This document shows, piece after piece, positions 7,346-14,772 of a stretch of 21,054 nt of DNA. Made by a program: the position numbers and the translations under genes. Position 1 is the first letter of the stretch. The number at the start of each line of letters is the position of its first letter. This stretch comes from Candidatus Eiseniibacteriota bacterium (GTDB lineage Bacteria > Eisenbacteria > RBG-16-71-46). Under the pieces are notes generated by a model. That model was not told where the DNA came from and did no database searches. It was given only the letters and a program-made list of their open reading frames with translations. The stretch covers positions 1 through 21,054 of the forward strand of contig JANLWX010000172.1 in NCBI GenBank assembly GCA_031364845.1, in the 5' to 3' direction.

Positions 7346-10300
7346 TCATCGACTCAGAACGATCTTCCGCGTCAGAGTGCCCTGAGTCGTGGTCAGCTGC
7401 GCGAAGTAGATCCCGGCCGAAGCGCGACCGCCGGACTGCACGTCGCCCGACCACATGACGTCGTATCGTCCCGCCGGCTTCGTTCCGGAATCCAGCTTCG
7501 TGACGAGCCGGCCTGAGAGGTCGAACAGTGCCAGCTGAACCGATCCGGCAATCGCCAGCGCGTAGCGGAACCGAACGTGATCCGCGGAAGGCGTGGGACC
7601 AGCGGTGAACGTCAAGCGAGACGGCTTCGATTCCTCGGCACTCACCGTCGTGGGATCGTAGGGTCCGAGCGCCCACACGCTGTTCCCGGATCCCGCACCC
7701 ATGAGGATCATCGATGTCGACCCCGGATCATAGTGCGACGTCCGATAGCGCGTGGGAGTGGGACCGTGGGGCGAGCGCGCGAGCCAGTTCCGCGGCGACT
7801 GGAACGAGTACTCCCAGATGTCGTCCGTGACATCATTCTCGAACTCTCCTGTCGCGAGCACCATGCGATCCTGCGATGGTACGTAGACGCCGGTATGCGC
7901 CCAGATCGAGTCCGAGTCCACCAGATGGAACCAGCGCGTCGGCGGCGTCAGCGTCAGACCCCAGAAGTCACCCAGCGGCCCGGTGTCGCCGTAGCCGCCG
8001 TATACCAACATGCGCTTGCGGTGAGAATCGTAGACCGCCGTGTGGCTGTCGCGCGCCGGAGGCGTCGGGCCGCCGGGAGTGACCTGCGTCCACGCGGGCA
8101 CTCCGTTCAGCGACAACGACCACAGATCGCCGAGCTCTCCGGACGTGGTTGCCGCGGCGTTGTAGCCACCGAAGACGAGCATCGCTCCCGCGGCGGGGTC
8201 GACCAGGGCGGTATGCAGCCCACGAGCGAACGGGGGGCCACCCGTCGGCAAAACCTGTGACCATGCGGGGGGGCCGCCGCGAGAGAGCGCCCAGACATCG
8301 TTGTGTAACCCGCTTGCGGAAGCGCCACCGAACGCGATCATTCGATCGTTGGGCTCGTCGTAGACCAGTGTCGCGACATCTCGGGCTGGCGGAGGCGTAC
8401 CCCCGGGGTTCAACTGGGTCCAGGCTGAATCGACCAGCGAATACACCCACACATCGTTCAAAGGGCCGTTCATCCCGGTACCGCCCCACTGGATGATGCT
8501 TGATCTCGACGTCTCGTAGCCGGTTGCGGAAAACACTCGCGCGGGAGGAATGGCTTCGGTCGGCGCAACCGGGCTCCACGCCTTCGGACCAGTCAATGCG
8601 AGCGCCCAGGTCTCGTTGGTGCTGATGCTCGACCCCAACCCGCCCGCCATCACCAGCCGGTTGCGAATCGGATCGCGCACGGCGAAACCACTGCCGCGGC
8701 GTTCCGGCGCTCCCGTGGTGGTGACTGCGGTCCAGTTGGGCGTCCCCGTCAGGTTCAGGGCCCACGTGTCGTTCGTCGTGGTCCTCGGCGAGTTGACGAT
8801 GATGCCGGTGGTGAGCACGACCTGGTTCGGCAGCGAGTCGAACACCGCCACGGCGCCTCCACGAGCGGCCGGAGACGCCGCGGTCGTGATCTGGCTCCAG
8901 AAGCCGGAGTTGATCCGCACCGACACCGAGCCTGCGGGCACGGTCGCATTGGCAGTCACCACGTCCGGCCGTCCGTCGGGATAGAGATCACCGACGGCGA
9001 CGAAGGAGGGCGCGGTTCCCATGAGGAAGTCGGCCTTCGCGAAGAACCCGCCGATCCCGTTCGCAACGAGGAACGACAGCGTACTGGCCGTGTTGTTCGC
9101 GACCATCACGTCCGGGCGATTGTCGAGGTTCACATCGGCGATGGCGAGTGCGATTGGACTCGTGCCCGTGGCGTAGGACACGGAAGACCCGAGCCCTCCC
9201 GCACCATTGCCGAGTCGAACGGACATCGAGTTCGAGCCGCTGTTCGTATAGAGAACGTCGCGCTTTCCATCTGCATTGACATCGGCGATTCCGATCGCAT
9301 AGGGGGTGGATCCCGCCGCGTAGTCCGTCCTGGCCAGGAAGCTTCCCGTTCCCGTTCCCAGGAGAACGGAAATGGTATTCGCCGAGGAGTTCGCGACCGT
9401 AAGGTCGAGAACGTTGTCTCCGTTGAGATCGCCGAGAGCGACCTGACGCGGGGCAGTGCCCGTCGCGAAGGTGCCATTGGGGGCGAAGCCTCCCGTTCCA
9501 TCTCCCAGCAGGACGGTGACACTATTGCCGCCGAAGTTCGAGACGATGATATCGAGATTGCCGTCGGAGTTCAGGTCGCCGACCACCATCGACTTGGGAT
9601 TCGTTCCCACCGCAAAGGTGGCCGGAGCTGCGAAACTTCCGGTTCCATTCCCCAGGAAAACGAACACGTTGTTGCCCGTGGAATTCAGGACTACGAGATC
9701 CAGGTGGCTGTCGGCGTCGAGGCGCGCCAATGCCACCCAGCGCGGGAATCCTCCGCCGGGCAGGTCGACACGCTGGACGAAGGCGCCCCGTGCGCCGCCG
9801 GTGAGGACGGACACCGTGTTGGAGTCGAAGTTCGCCGTCACGGCATCCTGGACCCCGTCCTCGTTGAGATCGCCCAGTGCGACGCTAATCGCGCCACCGC
9901 CGGCCGTGTAGTCGCGCTGGAAACGCACCCCGAAGGTGTAGCCTGCGAACGAGTATTGGTACGTGTCGTTGCGCAGCACTCCGGAGCTGTCGGTTCCGCC
10001 GAACAGGATTAGGCGATCGGCACGGGAGTCGTAGACGACGGCGGAACGTTCGCGACCGAGCGTCAGGGCTCCCGCGGGAGTAAGTCGCGTCCAGGTAGGG
10101 GTCGCGCCGAGCGAGAGCGTCCACATGTTCACGCCGGTTTGCGATAGGTTGAGGACGGGATCGCGGTCATGCGTGCTCCAAGAGCTGAAGACCACGCGGT
10201 CCCGAATTGGGTCGTAGAACGCCCTAGGATTGCCGTCCAGCTGCAGCGACGTCGGACCCCACTGCCCCGGCATGTAGGGACTGTTGCCCTGGGGCAACAG

Positions 10301-10930
10301 GAGCGACCACGTAGGCGTTCCGCTCAGCGACAGCTCCCACACGTCCCAGAATGACGAGCTTCCGCGATCGGGATCGATCTTGCCGCCGAAGAGCAGCGCG
10401 CGGTCGCGCACCGGGTCGTAGATCAGAGCACCATCGTACTGCGCGATCGGTCCCAGCTGGCCGTTGGTGAGGTTCACCCACTCGCCGTTGCCCGATAGCG
10501 GCAACGCCCAGACGTCGGAACCAAAGGCGCGGGTGTAGAGCAACAATCGATCGCGCGCCGAGTCGTAGCACATGACGCCAAGGCTCGACGTCGGACAAAC
10601 GATCGGCGATAGCTGCTGCCAGGCTGCGGAATCGGCGTCCGCCCGATTTGGTTTCGAAGCCAGCGCCTCGAAGCCGCGGTGTTCGCCCTTGCGCGCCGCA
10701 CTAGCGGCCGCGCGGATCGAGCGCAGCAGCTCGCCCGCGTCTTCTTCGGTGAGCGCGCTGGGCGAAGGCGGAAGGCGGTCGATCTGAACGGGCGCAGCGG
10801 CCTCGACGACCGGAGTGGGCGCGACCGGCATCGTGCCGGCTGTGGCACACCAGGCGCTGACGGCCACGGCGGCGGAAACGAGAGCAGAGAAGCAGTGCTG
10901 AATGGGACGGGAAGGCGAGAGAGTGTGCAT
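7346..10930 (-). CDS. Secreted Kelch-repeat protein (about 12 blades) with an inserted 7-repeat FG-GAP/VCBS propeller and an FlgD-Ig/T9SS-type C-terminal domain (1194 aa)
   Basis: GAGGAG lies 8 nt before ATG 10930, and the N-terminus is hydrophobic. Kelch repeats have the form YD..R.R..LFGG...DVW.L.L.G.P.W. There are seven D(L/V)NxDGxxD-type FG-GAP repeats (about 8903-9940). The CTD is GPTPS...LFDLSGRLVTKL...WSG...AGIYFAQL...TRKIVLSR*. Confidence 0.9.
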   Translation of the reverse strand: MHTLSPSRPIQHCFSALVSAAVAVSAWCATAGTMPVAPTPVVEAAAPVQIDRLPPSPSALTEEDAGELLRSIRAAASAARKGEHRGFEALASKPNRADADSAAWQQLSPIVCPTSSLGVMCYDSARDRLLLYTRAFGSDVWALPLSGNGEWVNLTNGQLGPIAQYDGALIYDPVRDRALLFGGKIDPDRGSSSFWDVWELSLSGTPTWSLLLPQGNSPYMPGQWGPTSLQLDGNPRAFYDPIRDRVVFSSWSTHDRDPVLNLSQTGVNMWTLSLGATPTWTRLTPAGALTLGRERSAVVYDSRADRLILFGGTDSSGVLRNDTYQYSFAGYTFGVRFQRDYTAGGGAISVALGDLNEDGVQDAVTANFDSNTVSVLTGGARGAFVQRVDLPGGGFPRWVALARLDADSHLDLVVLNSTGNNVFVFLGNGTGSFAAPATFAVGTNPKSMVVGDLNSDGNLDIIVSNFGGNSVTVLLGDGTGGFAPNGTFATGTAPRQVALGDLNGDNVLDLTVANSSANTISVLLGTGTGSFLARTDYAAGSTPYAIGIADVNADGKRDVLYTNSGSNSMSVRLGNGAGGLGSSVSYATGTSPIALAIADVNLDNRPDVMVANNTASTLSFLVANGIGGFFAKADFLMGTAPSFVAVGDLYPDGRPDVVTANATVPAGSVSVRINSGFWSQITTAASPAARGGAVAVFDSLPNQVVLTTGIIVNSPRTTTNDTWALNLTGTPNWTAVTTTGAPERRGSGFAVRDPIRNRLVMAGGLGSSISTNETWALALTGPKAWSPVAPTEAIPPARVFSATGYETSRSSIIQWGGTGMNGPLNDVWVYSLVDSAWTQLNPGGTPPPARDVATLVYDEPNDRMIAFGGASASGLHNDVWALSRGGPPAWSQVLPTGGPPFARGLHTALVDPAAGAMLVFGGYNAAATTSGELGDLWSLSLNGVPAWTQVTPGGPTPPARDSHTAVYDSHRKRMLVYGGYGDTGPLGDFWGLTLTPPTRWFHLVDSDSIWAHTGVYVPSQDRMVLATGEFENDVTDDIWEYSFQSPRNWLARSPHGPTPTRYRTSHYDPGSTSMILMGAGSGNSVWALGPYDPTTVSAEESKPSRLTFTAGPTPSADHVRFRYALAIAGSVQLALFDLSGRLVTKLDSGTKPAGRYDVMWSGDVQSGGRASAGIYFAQLTTTQGTLTRKIVLSR

Positions 10931-10984
10931 CGCGGCGACTCCTCAAGGGCGGACCAAGGAGATGAGGCATGAATTGCAGGCAAA

Positions 10985-10993
10985 ACCATAGCA
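10985..10993 (-). promoter_or_regulatory. Possible extended -10 promoter element (TGcTATGGT) for the Kelch/FG-GAP gene
   Basis: It matches TGnTAnnnT on the minus strand about 55 nt upstream of ATG 10930, in the 205-bp intergenic gap. No convincing -35 is seen. Confidence 0.3.
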
Positions 10994-11135
10994 TTTCGTC
11001 GCGCCCGCAGGTGCCCCAAATTAATGCGTAACCCGGAGCGCTACGAGCCGGGTGCGTCGGCGTCTCCGGTGCGACGCGCGCGAACGCGGTGGGGGGCGAG
11101 GGGCGAGCCTCCGAGTATGGGAGCACGGGATTCCG

Positions 11136-14099
11136 TCATCGCTTGGCTGCTGCCGTGGCGCTCAGGCCGCCGCCGTTGCCAACCAGGACGAAGGCGCCCC
11201 AGTAGAACGGCGCGTCGCGCATCGCTCCCTTCATCACAGACCGCCGGGCGCGAGCCACCGCCTCGGATCGGCTCGCCCCACGCGACAGCAGCTCTCGATA
11301 GAACGTCTCCATGAAGTACGCCGTGACGAGATCATTGACAGGCCAAAGGCTGACCAGCACCGACTGGGCCCCTGCGCTCAGGAATCCGCGAGCGAGACTG
11401 ACCACGCCTTCCCCACGCGCAATCTGCCCCACGCCGGACTCGCATGCCGCCAAGGTGACCTGATCGGCGCACAACTGCAGGGACAAAATGTCCTTCATCG
11501 TCAATGCTGAGGGCTCTCCCGGCCCGAGCGAGTCTGGCGCGAGCCACAAAGCCGAGCGTTCGGGCTCATATTCGCTGCTCCAGGCGTGAGTGCCCAGGTG
11601 GATGATCTGAGCCCGCTGAAGTTCCGGCAGCGCGAGTAGCCGCTCCCGGCTGGCGTTCGCACCCGAGAGCTCCACAATCGTGCGTGGTGAAGCGACCGTT
11701 CGAAGGACCGCAGCCTCTCGGGCCGTACCCGGCAGAGGTCGCAGGCGTGACGAGTCGGGACCACTGGACCGTACCTCGACCTCCCCGCCTACCATTACGG
11801 TATTGTCGAAGAGAGGGTCGGTCACGGCAACGATGACCGGCTGGCATTCGTTGTTCGAGTCGACCTCAAGGAAGGATGCTGCGGGCAGGTAACGAAACGC
11901 GAAGCGTTCGCCGCACCATGAGGCGTTACGCCCCCCTATTCGCAGGATCTCGAATGGAAGCAGAGACAGCGCGTCATCGGGTACGACGATCAGCTTGCCC
12001 ACTCCGGCCAGCAAACGAGCCGCAGGTGCAAGGAGCACTTCGTACATCCGTTCCGCCTGGGCCGCCAGCGCTCGGGATGAACCCACGTCGGCTGAGAGCC
12101 GCAGCCTCATCGTTCGAACGAGCGCTCGCAAACGGTTGCGGCCCGGAAGGACGTGAACGGCCCAACGGTCCCGACGCAGCACCCAAAGCGTCGATGACGA
12201 ATCTCCGACGCTGTACTCCAGCAGAGCCTCATCGGGAGCGATGCGGGATTGCACATCGGCCATTCGGATGGTCACGTGGCGTTCGGGCCGGATTCGGTCC
12301 AACAGCGTCCGCGCGTGCGACCGTTCCGCCCAGTGGAACGCCTCCTCTGCCTTATCGCGATCTGATGGAGACAGCCGGACCAGCAGGTCGATGATCGCTT
12401 CGTACTCATCGGCGCGTGTGCCCATGAAGCGAATCGCCGCGTCCGCAGTCCCTTGGTGCGAGCGTAGGGAGTCCACGAGCTGGACGCCGGCTCGTGCATG
12501 CGCCAGCGCCCCGGCGGGATCGCCCTGAATGCGAGCCAGGTGCGACAGGTTCATGTGCGCGTACGAGGCGAGATCCACGGCCCCGGCGTCTTCCGCAGTG
12601 CCGAGAATCTCGGTGAGCGCTCGTCCGGCCGCTTCGTAATCGCCTTGGCCGATCTGCGCCACGCACAGATTCAGTCGCTGCTCGAGGGCCTCGAACTCCC
12701 GGGCCCGCGCGGCACCGATCGCGCGGCGAAAGCAGCTCGCGGCCACCGACGCGTTACCTAGAAGCAGATGAGTCACTCCCAAGTCGGATACTACTTCGCG
12801 AACCACGGAGGAGTCGCCGCTCGCGATCGCCGCGCGCAGAGCGGCTTCGGATTTGGCACGCGCGCCAGTGAGGTCGCCGGTGACGCGCAGGGCCATCGAG
12901 AGGTTGTTTAGGGCCCGTGCCTCGAGGTCCGGAGCTTGGTTGCCTTCGGCATAGTCCAGAACCTCAGTCAGAGCGGTCTTGGTTTTGGGCAGGTCTCCGA
13001 GCGAGGCCCAACAAAACCCGAGGTTGAGGAGAGCCGCCGCGCGCGAGTGAACCTCGCCGAGCTCCTCGAAGCCCTGGACCGCTCGTTCGAGCACCTCGAT
13101 AGCTTCGGAATAGCGGCCGGCTCGGGCGAGCAACTCGCCGAGCTGGCTACCCCATGGCGGCCGCAGCGGATCCTCTTCTCTCATCGACGCGCCCGCGCGA
13201 TCCAGGAGCGATTCGGCCTTCCTGAAGCGAAGGCGATCCTGCTCGAGCCTGGCGTGATCCATGAGAACCACGCGCGTGCGCAACGAGTCTCCGCCTTCCA
13301 CGGTCGCCGAGAGCGCGCGCTCGAATAGCGCCTGCGCCGAGTCCATTTCGCCTTCTGCATGTTTCACCCGTCCGAGGACGTCCAGTGTGGATCCGAGCTG
13401 CGCCAGTTGCCCGGTTCGTTCGCGAATGGCACGGGATTCGGACAGGAACTCCCACGCGCGAGCATGCTCGCCGCGCCTGAAGGAATTGAGCCCGAGATCG
13501 TACAGTGAGTTGCCGAGCATCCGTTCGTCGCCAAGTTCGCGCCGAGCGTCGACGGAGCGACGCAGCAAACGATCAGCGCGCTCGTAGTCTCCTCGCTGCA
13601 CTGCGGCGGCGCCCATGCCGCCCAGCACCCAGGCATGCCGTCGGGAGTCGCCCAGCTGCTCGTAGAGCGACAACGCAAGCTCGAACAAACTGTCCCCGTA
13701 CGCCGGGGCGCTCCGTGTTGCTCGGGCGAGCGACTCCGCCTCGGCTGCCGCAATTCGTTTGCGCTGTGCGGCCTCATTCCACTTACGCCGAAGCTGCCAC
13801 GCGGTGGTCGAGATTCGCGTGCTCCGCACCGAGGGCTCGAGCCGAGCGACGCACTCCGCAACAGCGCGCACCGACCGCCGATCCGGACTGCGTGCGAGGC
13901 TCGCGCGGATCTCGTCCACCAGCACGCGGTTCCACCGGTCCTCGAACGCCGAGTCCTTGAGGATCTCCTCAGCCGCCACGCGACTTTCCGTCGTAGAAGT
14001 CTCTCCACGGGCGGGAGGCGCCGCGGCCAGGACCACGCACGTAGCGATGGCGAGTGATCTCTTGAAACATGGCAATCGATATTCCTTCAATGGCACCAT
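11136..14099 (-). CDS. TPR-repeat + CHAT (caspase HetF-associated, clan CD) protease with an N-terminal signal peptide
   Basis: About 10 TPR-like helical repeats (e.g. LGNSLYDLGLNSFRRGEHARA, AAALLNLGFCWASLGD, ARALNNLSMAL). It has AF.WAERSHARTLLD, LLEYSVG, LIVVPDDALSLLPFE, LPGTAREA, IIHLGTHA (His codon 11586-11588), VTLAACESG (Cys codon 11442-11444), GA.SVLVSLWPVND and PFYWGAFVLVG. An alternative start is TTG at 14075, with AAGGA 7 nt upstream. Confidence 0.92.
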   Translation of the reverse strand: MVPLKEYRLPCFKRSLAIATCVVLAAAPPARGETSTTESRVAAEEILKDSAFEDRWNRVLVDEIRASLARSPDRRSVRAVAECVARLEPSVRSTRISTTAWQLRRKWNEAAQRKRIAAAEAESLARATRSAPAYGDSLFELALSLYEQLGDSRRHAWVLGGMGAAAVQRGDYERADRLLRRSVDARRELGDERMLGNSLYDLGLNSFRRGEHARAWEFLSESRAIRERTGQLAQLGSTLDVLGRVKHAEGEMDSAQALFERALSATVEGGDSLRTRVVLMDHARLEQDRLRFRKAESLLDRAGASMREEDPLRPPWGSQLGELLARAGRYSEAIEVLERAVQGFEELGEVHSRAAALLNLGFCWASLGDLPKTKTALTEVLDYAEGNQAPDLEARALNNLSMALRVTGDLTGARAKSEAALRAAIASGDSSVVREVVSDLGVTHLLLGNASVAASCFRRAIGAARAREFEALEQRLNLCVAQIGQGDYEAAGRALTEILGTAEDAGAVDLASYAHMNLSHLARIQGDPAGALAHARAGVQLVDSLRSHQGTADAAIRFMGTRADEYEAIIDLLVRLSPSDRDKAEEAFHWAERSHARTLLDRIRPERHVTIRMADVQSRIAPDEALLEYSVGDSSSTLWVLRRDRWAVHVLPGRNRLRALVRTMRLRLSADVGSSRALAAQAERMYEVLLAPAARLLAGVGKLIVVPDDALSLLPFEILRIGGRNASWCGERFAFRYLPAASFLEVDSNNECQPVIVAVTDPLFDNTVMVGGEVEVRSSGPDSSRLRPLPGTAREAAVLRTVASPRTIVELSGANASRERLLALPELQRAQIIHLGTHAWSSEYEPERSALWLAPDSLGPGEPSALTMKDILSLQLCADQVTLAACESGVGQIARGEGVVSLARGFLSAGAQSVLVSLWPVNDLVTAYFMETFYRELLSRGASRSEAVARARRSVMKGAMRDAPFYWGAFVLVGNGGGLSATAAAKR

Positions 14100-14184
14100 G
14101 TCGTCATGTTAACCTTCAGCCCCTCTATAACCCTCCAGATTTTCATGTTTACGTGGCAAGTCGCCGCGGCCGCCGGAGATTGAC
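14100..14184. promoter_or_regulatory. Short AT-enriched divergent promoter region between the CHAT gene and the small-protein/metalloprotease operon
   Basis: 85-bp head-to-head intergenic region. It has a TATAAC -10-like hexamer at 14126-14131 (+) and a GGAG RBS at 14175-14178 before ATG 14185. No clear -35. Confidence 0.45.
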
Positions 14185-14772
14185 ATGCACCCACGACGCC
14201 CCTCGATCGAGCGGTGGATTCTCGTCGCCCTGTCCGTCCCGTTCGCCTTTTCTTCCGCTTTCGCCACCACACTCCGCCCGGTCGACCTGCGTCAAATCAT
14301 CGCGATGTCGAGCGACGTCGTGGTGGGTAGAGTCGAGGAAGTGCACAGCCGCTGGACCTCCGACCGAGCGCTCATCATGACGGAGGTAACGGTTGCGGTG
14401 ATCGAGCGAATGAAGGGATCCGGGAGGGTGCGGACCGTCGTCCGCACCATCGGAGGAGAGGTTGACGGCGTTCGCATGACTGTCGACGGTGCGCCGATTT
14501 TCCACCGTGGCGACGAGGCCGTGCTCTTCCTACGTCGGAATGCCGACGGCAGCACCGTGGTGAGCGGGCTATCGCAGGGCAAGTTCGACGTTCGATTTGA
14601 CCCAGCGACCGGCCTGCGCTACGTGCAGCGCCCGGCGGACCTTCGCTTCCAGGACGCGCGTACGTTGAAGGGCGCGCAGACCCCACTCGCGGCTCGCGGA
14701 GTTCTCCTTTCGGAGTTCCTGACTACCGTTGGCGACATGGTCGAGGCCGAAGCTCGCGGGATTCAGCGATGA
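14185..14772 (+). CDS. Secreted hypothetical protein (195 aa) resembling the N-terminal accessory domain often found on bacterial matrixin-family proteases
   Basis: It has an RBS and the signal peptide ...WILVALSVPFAFSSAFA|TTL. The sequence pattern is TTL...L.....S.VVVGRV......W...I.TEVTV.V.E..KG...VRT.GGEVDG....V.GAP.F..GDE.VLFL...GLSQGKF. Its TGA overlaps the next ATG (ATGA at 14769-14772). Confidence 0.75.
   Translation: MHPRRPSIERWILVALSVPFAFSSAFATTLRPVDLRQIIAMSSDVVVGRVEEVHSRWTSDRALIMTEVTVAVIERMKGSGRVRTVVRTIGGEVDGVRMTVDGAPIFHRGDEAVLFLRRNADGSTVVSGLSQGKFDVRFDPATGLRYVQRPADLRFQDARTLKGAQTPLAARGVLLSEFLTTVGDMVEAEARGIQR

Noticed and set aside
11031..11053. ACCCGG...CCGGGT hairpin as a terminator after the CHAT gene
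   Set aside because: Only 6-bp arms with a long loop and no immediately adjacent U-tract. This is expected by chance at this GC content.
11136..14099. CHAT gene as part of a type III-E CRISPR (Craspase) locus
   Set aside because: No cas genes or repeat-spacer array in the window, and the protein appears to be exported.
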